35,446 nucleotides of DNA from Candidatus Undinarchaeales archaeon (GCA_030753015.1 JASMDC010000037.1:1-35446), one strand, 5' to 3'; positions 24,534-33,925 are shown, numbered from the stretch's first letter. A program made the numbers and translations. The notes: a model not told the origin generated them from the sequence alone.

Positions 24534-25604
24534 TCACGATGGCGTCCTGTGCCACATCTTGGGGTACACGCCGCGGGGGATGAAAACGCGATCGATGCTC
24601 GCGCACACGCCCTTCCTGCCCTGGGCCATGCGGTCGGAGTCCATGGTCGCCTTCCCGATGGCCACCAGTTCTCCCTTCAGGGACATGATCGCGACAAGGT
24701 CCTTCACTTCGATGTTGGACTCGAGCGTGGCCACACCGGGGAGGGCCAGGGGAGCTCCGTGGGCGACAGCGGACACGGCGCTATCGAGGATCGTGATCTT
24801 CGGGAGGTTCCCCACCGCATGCTCCACGGGGAGCACGGCCTTGCGCAGGAGGTCCTCACGCCCGTCCTCCTTCCAGAACACGTATGCATCCAGGAGGTCG
24901 TGAAGCGTGACTTGCGATTCGCCCTCCACGAACGGCCCGGCCCGTGTGCGACGGAGCTCGGCCATGTGGGCCCCGCTCATGAGGGCGGTCCCCATGTCAT
25001 GGCAGAGCTTACGGATGTAGGTGCCTGCCTCGCATCCCACCTGGAGGAGCACCTCCCTGCCCTTGAACTCTAGGAGGTGCATGTAGTAGATCGTACGCTT
25101 GCGCACACGACGACGGACGGCCGAGCGCACCGGCGGCTTCTGGAGTATCTCGCCCTTGAACTCATCTATGGTCTTTTGGAGGAGCCCGGGCTTCACATCG
25201 CCATGGAGCCGCATGAGAGCGATATACTCCTTTCCCGAGGGGAGCAGGGCCTGGACCGCTTTCGTAGCATCGTCGAGCGCGACCGGGAGAACACCCGTGA
25301 CGGCGGGATCGAGGGTACCGCCATGACCGGCCTTCTCAGCCCCGAGGATGTTCTTCACCCATGAGGATACCTCGTGGGACGTAGGGCCTGCAGGCTTGTC
25401 GAGGTTCACGATACCGAAGCGCAAGTGGGTGGCGATGTCACGCTCGCTCGGCGGGCAGCCGAACTTATCGTCAGTAGCTGTCTCTACCTTGACGGTGGTC
25501 TCCCTGGGCGTGGCAAAGAGCGGTGTGGTCCGGCGCGGACGTTCCGGAGACGGTAGGTCCCGTGTCCGGTGGCGCCTGGGAAAACGCTTTCCCGGTCGGT
25601 TCAT
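24534..25604 (-). CDS. cbf5: H/ACA pseudouridine synthase Cbf5 (TruB family)
   Basis: LDKPAGPTSHEV, GHGGTLDP, QKPPVRSAV, AGTYIRKL and C-terminal PUA domain. Confidence 0.97.
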   Translation of the reverse strand: MNRPGKRFPRRHRTRDLPSPERPRRTTPLFATPRETTVKVETATDDKFGCPPSERDIATHLRFGIVNLDKPAGPTSHEVSSWVKNILGAEKAGHGGTLDPAVTGVLPVALDDATKAVQALLPSGKEYIALMRLHGDVKPGLLQKTIDEFKGEILQKPPVRSAVRRRVRKRTIYYMHLLEFKGREVLLQVGCEAGTYIRKLCHDMGTALMSGAHMAELRRTRAGPFVEGESQVTLHDLLDAYVFWKEDGREDLLRKAVLPVEHAVGNLPKITILDSAVSAVAHGAPLALPGVATLESNIEVKDLVAIMSLKGELVAIGKATMDSDRMAQGRKGVCASIDRVFIPRGVYPKMWHRTPS

Positions 25605-25849
25605 TTCCCGCTCTTATCCTTGTCGAGCTTCTGGAGCGCCTTGGCCACGTCGGCGTCGCTGGCACCCTTCTTGACCTCGACCATATCGGTGAGGAGCTCA
25701 AGGTGAGCGATGTTCACCTTCCTCCGCCGCACGCCGTCACCGGACACCAGAACGTTGGTGTCGTCTACGATGTCGATGATCACGCACTTGCCGCCCATGT
25801 CGCGGCCAGCCATCTTGATGCAGACACGACCCACATCAATTGCTGGCAT
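25601..25849 (-). CDS. rpl14e: 50S ribosomal protein L14e
   Basis: IDVGRVCIKMAGRDMGGKCVIIDIVD...VRRRKVNIAHLE; conserved synteny. Confidence 0.95.
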   Translation of the reverse strand: MPAIDVGRVCIKMAGRDMGGKCVIIDIVDDTNVLVSGDGVRRRKVNIAHLELLTDMVEVKKGASDADVAKALQKLDKDKSGK

Positions 25850-26120
25850 CAGTGTCACCTCGCAGAGGGAGGACGGCGTTGTTCTTGATCATCTCACGGG
25901 TGCAGCGTGAGCACAGCTTTCCACCGTAGGGTCGATGGACGTTCCGCCTCGTCGAGCGCACCTTCGCGCCCTCCCGGGGTACCCCGCTGAGGATGGCGCC
26001 GCACTCGGCGCAGTGGGGGATACCCGCCTTCTTCCGGGAGTAGTGTGTGACCACCTTCCCGCCGGGCGTAGCCTTGTACTTCTTTTTCAGCGTCGTTGAG
26101 CGCAATGCCGGTCGTACCAT
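25836..26120 (-). CDS. rpl34e: 50S ribosomal protein L34e
   Basis: TPGGKVVTHY...CAECGAILSGV...RPYGGKLCSRC. Confidence 0.95.
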   Translation of the reverse strand: MVRPALRSTTLKKKYKATPGGKVVTHYSRKKAGIPHCAECGAILSGVPREGAKVRSTRRNVHRPYGGKLCSRCTREMIKNNAVLPLRGDTDASN

Positions 26121-26147
26121 ATTCTGTTCACCTCGCAAGCATTCCTA

Positions 26148-26654
26148 CTAATGTTCTACCCCCATCAGCTTCCGCAGGGGGAACGACACAGCCATGGATG
26201 ACATGATGTACCATCCGAGCCATCCCAGCTTGTCGTAGATGAATGGGAAAGGGATATAGGCGAGCGTCTCGAGCTGCAGCCCACCCGCGTACGAGCGGAG
26301 CCACATGAAGATAGTGATGATGGGGAGCATGGAGAAGAACGTCGGCTTCATGCTGGTGTTCATCATCTCCATCTGTGTCTCGGTGATCTTTGAGAACACC
26401 TCGCTCACCTTCTTGGGCTGGTTGTCCTTTTGATGCTTCTGGAGCTCCTTCTGGAGCTTCTCCAGCTTGGTCTTGTACCCTCGCATCTCCTCGGGGTCCA
26501 CGAACATCTTGTAGACGACCGTCGAGATGAGGCTGACCAGAGCGGCGGCGCCCATGATGACGAGCATGGCCTGTTGACGTTCGCCTGCTCCCACAGGAGC
26601 GAAGGTGCCCAACGGTAGCAAGGTGGCGTTCAGCACCGAGTCCACCGCATCCAT
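26148..26654 (-). CDS. DUF106 (EMC3/TMCO1, Oxa1 superfamily) membrane protein
   Basis: TM1, cytoplasmic coiled coil, QMEMM..SMKP..P and GWLGWYI..S motif; located after secY. Confidence 0.92.
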   Translation of the reverse strand: MDAVDSVLNATLLPLGTFAPVGAGERQQAMLVIMGAAALVSLISTVVYKMFVDPEEMRGYKTKLEKLQKELQKHQKDNQPKKVSEVFSKITETQMEMMNTSMKPTFFSMLPIITIFMWLRSYAGGLQLETLAYIPFPFIYDKLGWLGWYIMSSMAVSFPLRKLMGVEH

Positions 26655-26675
26655 CGACCATCTCACCTCCCGTCC

Positions 26676-28265
26676 TTATCCCTTCATAAAGCGCCTGAGC
26701 GCTGGGTACATGTCGACCATGTGCTGTGTGTGGACTTCCTCGTAGAGGTTGTAGACGATCATGACCGTCAGCAGGATCCCGGTACCGCCACCGATCGAAC
26801 CTGTGAGGTCGGCGAAGGCGGCCAGGAATCCCACGAACGCCCCACCCATGACGGTCAGGGCCGGGATGTAGCGGTTGAGGATGGCCTCCATCATCCGCGG
26901 ATCGCGGCGGAAGCCCCGCACGGACATGTTGGAGTCCTTGATCTGCTTGGCCACGGCCTTTGCGTCCATGTTCGATGTCCTGACCCAGAACACCGAGAAG
27001 ATCACAGCGCCGATGATCATGAACACGGTATAGATGATACCCCGCAGTACTTCTCCGAGCGCGCCATCGCCGATGAATCGGCACGAAGAGTATCCGAGAC
27101 CCGTGAGCTTGTCCCGTTCCAGCGGACATCCAAGATAAATTGATGTCATCACCGTCGGGTCCGTGAGCCCTGACATGAAGTTGCTCGCATCAACACCCAC
27201 TTGATAGAACCATAGCTCGTTCAAGGGTAACCGTTCTCCCGACACCCCCGTTGCGAACACAAACCACTTAGACGTGTCCAGCAGCTCCCGGGAGATTATC
27301 CCTCGGGGGGAGTCGATGAAGAACGCCAGCCCACCTGTGGGCGTGGCGCCACCACCAGCAAAGGTCCCCAGATAGGGGAATCCGTTCTGGTCGAGCAGTC
27401 CGGCCCACAACTGGAGGTTGGCGAGCACTGCTGCCGCCAGGATGACCGGGATGTTCGATGTGTAGACGAACCGCAACGGCCACTTGGTCGTGTAGCCACG
27501 CACACGCGCGAAGGTGAGGGGGATCTCGACCTTCATGGCCTGGACGTAGACTACCACGGTGAACACGAAGACCGTGAATAATATGGGCATCAGGCTGTAG
27601 ACCGCACCCTCTGGATTACCCTGCGCCATCTGTTGCATTGCGAACCAGACGATACCGGTAGGCACGTCCGGATTGGTCGGGCTGGGCATCGGGTTGAGCG
27701 ACGATACAATGATGCTGGTGCTCACACCGGCCGCGATGAAGAGCGACACTCCGGAGCCGAAGCCCCACTTGCTGATGATCTCGTCAAGGATGATAATGAG
27801 CAGTCCGCCGATGGAGAGCTGCGCTATGAGGAGCGCCGTCAGTCCAAAATTGCTGGGATCTGAAGGCGGTAGTCCTCCGGATATAACGTACACTGCGGCC
27901 TCGAAGATGGTGAAGCCGATGGTGACCAGCTTCTGTGTCCCTTGGAACCTGCGACGGCCCTCGGCCGTCGTGATATCGAACGGGAGCAGGTCCACACCCT
28001 GTAGCAGCTGCAGGATGATAGATGCGGTGACGATGGGCGAGATACCTAGGGTGATGATCGAACCGAAGTTACCTGCCACGATCGCGCGAAGGTTCTGGAA
28101 GTAGTCGATCGCCTGGGGGGAAAGCCCATAGAGCTTGAGCTGGCCGAGTATGAAATAGAGGATGAGCACTGTGCCCGTCCATTTCAGCTTCTCGTTGAAC
28201 GACAGCCGTCGCTTCGGTTTCTCAACCTCGGGGAGGTTGCCCAGGATCGAGTCGAGGTCCACCAT
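26676..28265 (-). CDS. secY: Preprotein translocase subunit SecY (Sec61-alpha)
   Basis: LGISPIVTASII, DEIISKWGFGSGVSLFI, YTSNIPVIL, GFRRDPR and GGTGILLTV. Confidence 0.98.
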   Translation of the reverse strand: MVDLDSILGNLPEVEKPKRRLSFNEKLKWTGTVLILYFILGQLKLYGLSPQAIDYFQNLRAIVAGNFGSIITLGISPIVTASIILQLLQGVDLLPFDITTAEGRRRFQGTQKLVTIGFTIFEAAVYVISGGLPPSDPSNFGLTALLIAQLSIGGLLIIILDEIISKWGFGSGVSLFIAAGVSTSIIVSSLNPMPSPTNPDVPTGIVWFAMQQMAQGNPEGAVYSLMPILFTVFVFTVVVYVQAMKVEIPLTFARVRGYTTKWPLRFVYTSNIPVILAAAVLANLQLWAGLLDQNGFPYLGTFAGGGATPTGGLAFFIDSPRGIISRELLDTSKWFVFATGVSGERLPLNELWFYQVGVDASNFMSGLTDPTVMTSIYLGCPLERDKLTGLGYSSCRFIGDGALGEVLRGIIYTVFMIIGAVIFSVFWVRTSNMDAKAVAKQIKDSNMSVRGFRRDPRMMEAILNRYIPALTVMGGAFVGFLAAFADLTGSIGGGTGILLTVMIVYNLYEEVHTQHMVDMYPALRRFMKG

Positions 28266-28276
28266 AAATGATCTCC

Positions 28277-28744
28277 CTAGGACTTGTCCTCAGCTGGTTC
28301 TTCCTCGAAACCGGCCGGGGCCTCGGCGACCCCGCCGCTTTTCTCGATGCCTGCGCGGGCCTTCTCTGTGAAGTACGGTGCCTTGATGTGTACCTTCTTT
28401 GTAAGGTAGCCGTTCCCCAGGACCTTATGGAATCCCAGGGCGCCAAGGTCCACAGCATAGGTGTCCTTCTTCTTCTCGGCCCTTCCGGCCTCGACCCACG
28501 CCTCTAGGGACTGGTCGAGTTCTTTGAGGTTGATTGTAATAGGGATGAAGCCCATGGGCTTGTTGAAGCCGTACTTGCCGAAGTGCTTCGGGTCGTACTT
28601 GACAACGTAGGTCCACTTGCCTTTGTGCATACCGGCGTTGCCATGTCCACCCTTGTTCCCAGCTCCGCGGCGCTTCTTCTTGGAACCGCCACCGCAGGAC
28701 TTGGTCCCACGCATGCTCTCGATCTTCTTTCGTTTTCGGATCAT
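28277..28744 (-). CDS. rpl15: 50S ribosomal protein L15 (uL15)
   Basis: RGTKSCGGG.KKKRRGAGNKGGHGNAG, HFGKYGF and KVLGNG. Confidence 0.95.
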   Translation of the reverse strand: MIRKRKKIESMRGTKSCGGGSKKKRRGAGNKGGHGNAGMHKGKWTYVVKYDPKHFGKYGFNKPMGFIPITINLKELDQSLEAWVEAGRAEKKKDTYAVDLGALGFHKVLGNGYLTKKVHIKAPYFTEKARAGIEKSGGVAEAPAGFEEEPAEDKS

Positions 28745-28761
28745 GATGTCCACCTCGGAGG

Positions 28762-29232
28762 TTAGATCATACGCTCGATGAGCTTGTCGATTTCTTCCTT
28801 GCGGTCGCCCAGAGCGCCGCCAATGGTCACGTGCCGCTTGATTGCACCGTGGCCCTTACGAGGCGGGTGAAGGCGGAACACGGGCTTCAGGTCAGGAAGG
28901 AGCTCTGTCGTCTCCTTGCTATCGGCCCATGCCTTTACGAAGGCATCGATGGTCTTGTACTTGCCTCCGGTCGACTCCTTCACGTACTCGTCTGTGATAG
29001 GCTTGTTACCTACCAGCTGGCCGCGCTTCTTCAGCATAGCGGCGAGCAAATCAAGGCTGGGTGTGCCCCAGGTGATGTAGTCCTTGGCCTTCTTGATCAT
29101 CCCGCGTGTTGTGGGGGAATCGTCCACCACGACACAGTGGTTGACCCGGTCAAGGCGCAGATAGGTGAGTGTCTGGTTGATCCCGGTGCGAACACCTATG
29201 GACCCGCGGACCCTTACGATAGCGAGCTTCAT
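28762..29232 (-). CDS. rpl30: 50S ribosomal protein L30 (uL30)
   Basis: AIVRVRG, KDYITWG and KPVFRLHPPRKG. Confidence 0.96.
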   Translation of the reverse strand: MKLAIVRVRGSIGVRTGINQTLTYLRLDRVNHCVVVDDSPTTRGMIKKAKDYITWGTPSLDLLAAMLKKRGQLVGNKPITDEYVKESTGGKYKTIDAFVKAWADSKETTELLPDLKPVFRLHPPRKGHGAIKRHVTIGGALGDRKEEIDKLIERMI

Positions 29233-29981
29233 AGAACAACACCTGCCGATTCAACGTACTCGTTCTGGTACTTGATGAGGTGAAGGTTTCGCAGAGCATC
29301 GAACGTCGCGTTAGCGAGGTTGGTGCGGCTTCGGGTCTGGCCCGTGGTCTTGGACCAGACGTCCTTGACACCAGCGAGCTCCAGGATCTTCTTGGACTCG
29401 TCGTTGATAGCAAGCTTGATACCCTTGGGTGCAGGCAGAAGGGTCACTCGGACGCTCCCGCACTTCCCCTCGACCTTGGCCGGGATGGAATGGGGTCCAG
29501 AGCAACCGCACTCCCAACTCCCGCACGCTCGGGGCACGCGGATCATGTTGAGCTTCGCGTTAGCGACGGCACGCTGCCTGGCGGGGACGCTGGATCGGCT
29601 GCTCCCACGACCAAGTCCTACGAGCCCGTCGCGGTTACCCACGACTGCGACATAGGAGAACTTGAGCCGTGCACCCTCACGCACCTTCTTCTGAGTGTGC
29701 TTGAAGGGGCGTCGGGCACCGCCGCCGAACTTACCCTTGGCCTGACCGATGAGGATGAGCTCTGACTCGAGGTTCTCGCGCAGGATGAAGTCAACGATTT
29801 GAGGTTCCTGGACAGTGAGGTTCAGACTGAGGATCTCCTCTACCGAGGTAATCTCGCCAGCCTTCACCTTCATTCCCAGCTTCGTGCGAGGGACCCAAGT
29901 CTCGAGCGCTTCCAGATCACGGTTGATCCTTTGTTGTGGTCGTTGTCTTGATCTTGATCTTTGTCCTGGTCCTGGTGCCAT
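29229..29981 (-). CDS. rps5: 30S ribosomal protein S5
   Basis: WVPRTKLG, VGNRDGLVGLG, CGSWEC, HSIPAKVEGKCGSV and LELAGVKDVW. Confidence 0.97.
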   Translation of the reverse strand: MAPGPGQRSRSRQRPQQRINRDLEALETWVPRTKLGMKVKAGEITSVEEILSLNLTVQEPQIVDFILRENLESELILIGQAKGKFGGGARRPFKHTQKKVREGARLKFSYVAVVGNRDGLVGLGRGSSRSSVPARQRAVANAKLNMIRVPRACGSWECGCSGPHSIPAKVEGKCGSVRVTLLPAPKGIKLAINDESKKILELAGVKDVWSKTTGQTRSRTNLANATFDALRNLHLIKYQNEYVESAGVVL

Positions 29982-29986
29982 GGTGA

Positions 29987-30487
29987 TCACGCCTTGTCGA
30001 TCTTGTTCTTGGTGGTCTCGACGAGCGTGTTCAGCTTCTCGTCGATGTGCTGCCCGTTGATGCGCTCTTCGGGCGGAAAGATATCATCACTGTGAGGGAT
30101 GGCGACCCCGCTGTCGAGGATGCCCTTGAGGGTCGCGTAGAGCCTGCCGCCACGCTGTGACGTCACAACGCCGAGGTCCAGTATCCCCTCCTTCACCTTC
30201 GCGGCCTGAGCACGCTTACCGATCAGGTAGCCGGTGAGGTAGGCTGCAGGTAGGTTCTTGGTCCCCTTGTCCCAGCCGAACTTCGCCAACTGCTGTGAGG
30301 TAGCGGAAGCCAGGGTAAGGTCACCCTTGGAGTCGAACTGCACGACCTGAGCACTGATGTACTTGTTCGAGCGCCTGACAACGAAGCGAGGCTTGCGTGC
30401 TTGGAGCAGGATACGCCGGCTCCGGTAATCGGTGCGCTTCTCCCGGCGACGCCGGAAGGGGACACGGTAGACTGCGTTCTTGGCCAT
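29987..30487 (-). CDS. rpl18: 50S ribosomal protein L18
   Basis: FRRRREKRTDY, RFVVRRSNK and NLPAAYLTG. Confidence 0.97.
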   Translation of the reverse strand: MAKNAVYRVPFRRRREKRTDYRSRRILLQARKPRFVVRRSNKYISAQVVQFDSKGDLTLASATSQQLAKFGWDKGTKNLPAAYLTGYLIGKRAQAAKVKEGILDLGVVTSQRGGRLYATLKGILDSGVAIPHSDDIFPPEERINGQHIDEKLNTLVETTKNKIDKA

Positions 30488-30488
30488 G

Positions 30489-30980
30489 CTACTCGACCTC
30501 CTTGGGGGCTTCCGGCGCCGGTTCCGGCGTCGGCTCGACGATCAGGTCGTGCTCCCGTATGTAGAGTTTCAGGTGAGCCTTGTTACGAAACATGTTACCC
30601 TTGATGTGGCGGTAGAGGTATCGGTAGTCCTTGGGCGTGAGCTTGCCCACGTCCCTGAGGTGGCGGATGAGCTCGCGACAGGGCCGCACCAAATTGATCC
30701 AACGCCGCTTGGCTGGGAGCCGGGCGTTCTTGGTACCCCTTCGGTTGCCATACCCACGGCGGTGACCCTTGGTGCGCTTGATATGGCGCTCCCGGGCCCT
30801 GTGTCGTGACGTACCCTTCTTCTGGTGGACGGAGATGACACCCTCGGAGATGAGGGTGCGTAAGTCCTCCCGGGTGAGGGCATCGCTTACCTGTGAGAGC
30901 CTCGTGGGATCGATCCACACGCGGTGGGTTCCCGTCTTCATGATCCTGCTCGCGACCTTCTTGTGATTTGAGACATTCAT
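30489..30980 (-). CDS. rpl19e: 50S ribosomal protein L19e
   Basis: RVWIDP, GHRRGYGNRRGTKNAR and LYRHIKGNMF. Confidence 0.96.
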   Translation of the reverse strand: MNVSNHKKVASRIMKTGTHRVWIDPTRLSQVSDALTREDLRTLISEGVISVHQKKGTSRHRARERHIKRTKGHRRGYGNRRGTKNARLPAKRRWINLVRPCRELIRHLRDVGKLTPKDYRYLYRHIKGNMFRNKAHLKLYIREHDLIVEPTPEPAPEAPKEVE

Positions 30981-30985
30981 CGTCA

Positions 30986-31348
30986 TCACCGGTTGAATAC
31001 CTGGATACCCAGGTCGTCGGCTTTCTTCAGGATGGTCTCGCGCTTGCGTGTCCCCACGGTCCCGCCGATGCGGGCACCCTGAGTCTTCGGGTCAATGGCG
31101 TCCAGCATTTTAGGATTGAACACCAGGACCTCGGTAAGTCCGGAGGGGTGGAGACCGCGGACTGCCTTGGGAGAACGGTACCCTGAATCGGGCATAGCGG
31201 GCTTACCACGTCTGCCCAACCGAATCTTGTTCGTGATCCCACGGGGCTTGCGCCACACGGGCTTGAGCTTCTTGTATCGGAACCATTCGGTGCGCTTGAA
31301 CGTCGGTCGGCGCGCCGCGATTCTCTTCTTCAAATCCATAAGATCCAT
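30986..31348 (-). CDS. rpl32e: 50S ribosomal protein L32e
   Basis: WRKPRG and GYRSPKAVRGLHPSG. Confidence 0.97.
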   Translation of the reverse strand: MDLMDLKKRIAARRPTFKRTEWFRYKKLKPVWRKPRGITNKIRLGRRGKPAMPDSGYRSPKAVRGLHPSGLTEVLVFNPKMLDAIDPKTQGARIGGTVGTRKRETILKKADDLGIQVFNR

Positions 31349-31351
31349 GGA

Positions 31352-31876
31352 TCATCCCTTCTTCATGATGAGGATCCCGTCCTGGAACACGCGCTTGTCC
31401 CGCGAGTTGTTCCATGCGCTCATCCTCTCGATGTTCGCGGCCGTCTGGCCGACATGCTCTTTGTCGATGCCCTCGACGTGGACCTCGTCCTTCTTGACGT
31501 TGACTTTGGTCGTTCCGATGATATTGCATCGGCGCGGGTGGCGCTCGCCAAGCAGGTTCTCCACGAAGACCTGTTTTCCCTTGACCTTCACGGTCATGGG
31601 GAAGTGGGTCTGGACCATCTTGAGTATGTAATGGAAGCCTTCGGTCGAACCCTTCACCAGGTTGGTGATGTGGGCTGCAAAGGTACCCACCATGGCGTGG
31701 GGTCCCGCGTGGGTCCCGGAGGTGGATACGACGAAACGGTCGTCCTTCAGCTCGATTTCGACCTTTCGATGGAACAGTTCCCTGCTCACCTCGCCCTTGG
31801 GTCCCTTGACCGTTATCTTCCGACCCTCAAGGCGTGCCTCGACGCCTTCCGGGATCGGTATTTCTCTGGTGATCAT
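31352..31876 (-). CDS. rpl6: 50S ribosomal protein L6
   Basis: VKGPKG, HFPM, NLLGER, VGQTAANIE and DKRVFQDGI. Confidence 0.97.
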   Translation of the reverse strand: MITREIPIPEGVEARLEGRKITVKGPKGEVSRELFHRKVEIELKDDRFVVSTSGTHAGPHAMVGTFAAHITNLVKGSTEGFHYILKMVQTHFPMTVKVKGKQVFVENLLGERHPRRCNIIGTTKVNVKKDEVHVEGIDKEHVGQTAANIERMSAWNNSRDKRVFQDGILIMKKG

Positions 31877-31889
31877 GGTCAAGACCTCC

Positions 31890-32282
31890 TTAGTACACGT
31901 ACGCCAGAAGCGTACCACCAACCTTCGACTTCCGGGCTTTCTCGTGATTGACGACCCCTTTCGAGGTCGTGAGGATGAGCATGCCGAGGTTCTTAGCGGG
32001 CAGGAACCTGCGCTCCCATTTCTCGAACTCGTCCACCTTCACCGAGTGACGAGGCTTGATCGCCTTACAGTAGGATATCTTGCCTCCCAGCTTGATGCGG
32101 TACACCCCGCCAACTCCGTTATCGATGACCTCGAAGTCTCCGATGTACCCGGCCTTCTGCATCACGCGAAGAACACCGGTGGTCATCTTTGAAGCCGGTC
32201 GGACCACGCACTCGGTCTTACCGATGCGCTCGTGGTTGTAGATGGTCGACAGGGCGACTGCGAGCGTGTCGTTGAGTGTCAT
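31890..32282 (-). CDS. rps8: 30S ribosomal protein S8
   Basis: GYIGDFE, IKPR, FLPA, TTSKGV and GGTLLAYVY. Confidence 0.97.
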   Translation of the reverse strand: MTLNDTLAVALSTIYNHERIGKTECVVRPASKMTTGVLRVMQKAGYIGDFEVIDNGVGGVYRIKLGGKISYCKAIKPRHSVKVDEFEKWERRFLPAKNLGMLILTTSKGVVNHEKARKSKVGGTLLAYVY

Positions 32283-32294
32283 ATCATCATCCTC

Positions 32295-32459
32295 CTATTC
32301 ATACTTCCTGAAGCCTAGCTCCTTTGCGACCTCGCGGAAGCACTGACGACAGATCATGAGCTCGTACTTGAGGATGAGGGCCCCATGGCGCCCGCAGCGC
32401 CGACAGGAACGGGACCCACGCCCACATGTTCTCTTATTGGGCTTGTTCGCCTTAGCCAT
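32295..32459 (-). CDS. rps14: 30S ribosomal protein S14 (zinc-binding; absent from the ORF track)
   Basis: Manual translation [54 protein letters not shown] (54 aa), between L5 and S8. Confidence 0.95.
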   Translation of the reverse strand: MAKANKPNKRTCGRGSRSCRRCGRHGALILKYELMICRQCFREVAKELGFRKYE

Positions 32460-32460
32460 G

Positions 32461-33219
32461 TCAGTTCACCTCCACCTTGAACCGCTCCTTCATGAATGCG
32501 ATGCCTTCCTCTTGGGTGAGCAAGTGCTTCTCGGAGACGCGGTTCTTGTGGAACCGCCGCGCCTTGACCCTGTACCCGGGGCGAGCGATCGAAACACAGA
32601 CGTCCATCCCGAACACACCGACCTTAGGATCGTACTTGAAATCAGGGATGTCCAACGACTCCCTGATACCGAAGGAAAGGTTCCCATGGTTGTCGAAGTT
32701 ACGCGCCTTGAGCTTGTTCTCGAGGGCCCCGAGCGCCTGCACGAGCAGGGCCTCAGCGGCCTTGTGCCTGATCGTGACCTTCGCGCCCACGACCTGACCG
32801 GGCCTGATGCCCCAGGTCGGGATACGCTTGATCGTGCTCGTCTTGACAGGTTGCTGTCCTGTGAGCTGTTCGAGGAGCTGGATCGCGCGCTCGAGCAGGT
32901 CGTGCTCGGCACCGATGCCGATGTTGAAGGTTATCTTGTCGATATAGGGCTGTCGCATGGGATTCTTCCCCGGAGGCAGCTTAACCTTCTTCTTGACCGG
33001 GGCCTTGGTGGCGGCCTTCTTCGCGGTCTTCCCAGCGGTCTTGGCAGGGGCCTTCTTTGGCACGACCTTCTTGACCACAGCATTCTCCGGTTCGGCCTTC
33101 TTCGGCACGACCTTCTTGACCACAGCCTTCTCCGGCTCGGCCTTCTTCGCGGTCTTCCCAGCGGTCTTGGCAGGGACCTTCTTCGGCACGGCCTTCTTCG
33201 CGGTCTTCTTTTCTGCCAT
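32461..33219 (-). CDS. rpl5: 50S ribosomal protein L5 with a Lys/Ala-rich N-terminal extension of about 80 aa
   Basis: Core NPMR...KITFNIGIG...[11 protein letters not shown]...[12 protein letters not shown]...RPGYRV; ATG33219 follows the S4e stop. Confidence 0.96.
   Translation of the reverse strand: MAEKKTAKKAVPKKVPAKTAGKTAKKAEPEKAVVKKVVPKKAEPENAVVKKVVPKKAPAKTAGKTAKKAATKAPVKKKVKLPPGKNPMRQPYIDKITFNIGIGAEHDLLERAIQLLEQLTGQQPVKTSTIKRIPTWGIRPGQVVGAKVTIRHKAAEALLVQALGALENKLKARNFDNHGNLSFGIRESLDIPDFKYDPKVGVFGMDVCVSIARPGYRVKARRFHKNRVSEKHLLTQEEGIAFMKERFKVEVN
32989..33216 (-). repeat. Coding repeats in the L5 extension (45-bp tandem unit [14 protein letters not shown] x2; duplicated [12 protein letters not shown])
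   Basis: Units at 33049-33093 and 33094-33138; the sequence starting at 33013 recurs at 33139. Confidence 0.9.
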
Positions 33220-33220
33220 A

Positions 33221-33925
33221 TTAACCACCCAGGTTGATGACCGGCTCCTCAACGCCCACGGGCATGACATAGTCGAGGATGGTCTCGAACCGGACCTTTC
33301 CCGCCAAGACTGCCACGTTGGGCTTCATGACCTTGTGACGGACATCCAGCAGCTTGACTACCTGACCCACGTGTGAGCCACCGGTCACAAGGATGAGGTT
33401 ACCCTCCTTGAGCGGGATATGTTCTGCGATCTTTTGACCGGGAATCTCCAGGAGAACGGAGTCGCCCACATGATAGGCCGAGCCGTCCTTTACGATGATG
33501 TTCCGGCCATCGTGGAGCTCAAGCTGGATCTTACCGCCCTTGACGGTACGCTTACCGTTGATTCGGCACAGCTTCCGCTTCGCGTCCTTCCCCTCGATGG
33601 GCACGAACTCGAGCCCCTTCTTGGAGGTGACGAGACGGAAGTTCTGCTTGAGCTTGGGGACGGAGAGGATGTCCATAGGCCCTACAGGGAAGCCGCTCGC
33701 TTTGACCTTCCGGCCGTCGACCACGACGTCACCCTGGTTTAGAACGAAGGACGCCTCGCGGGCGCTCTTCACGAGACCGAGGGTGTCGCAGATGGCGACC
33801 TTGACCGGAACACTTGTTGCGATGGAGTGGGCTCCCGGGGTTGGGCGGACGATGTATGTTCTCTCCTTCGTCCTGATGTTCCAGAATCCGGGTGCAGCAT
33901 ACCTCTTGAGGTGATTTCGTACCAT
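33221..33925 (-). CDS. rps4e: 30S ribosomal protein S4e
   Basis: HLKRYAAP, PGAH, VDGR, FPVGPMD, LHDGRN and TGGSHVG. Confidence 0.97.
   Translation of the reverse strand: MVRNHLKRYAAPGFWNIRTKERTYIVRPTPGAHSIATSVPVKVAICDTLGLVKSAREASFVLNQGDVVVDGRKVKASGFPVGPMDILSVPKLKQNFRLVTSKKGLEFVPIEGKDAKRKLCRINGKRTVKGGKIQLELHDGRNIIVKDGSAYHVGDSVLLEIPGQKIAEHIPLKEGNLILVTGGSHVGQVVKLLDVRHKVMKPNVAVLAGKVRFETILDYVMPVGVEEPVINLGG

Noticed and set aside
26128-27129. 333-aa alternative-frame ORF overlapping secY and DUF106
   Set aside because: Arg/His/Gly-rich off-frame translation typical of GC-rich DNA; both genuine genes are intact in their own frames.
27060-27290. SecY insertion as an intein
   Set aside because: No N-terminal Cys/Ser block or C-terminal His-Asn followed by Cys/Ser/Thr, and too short.
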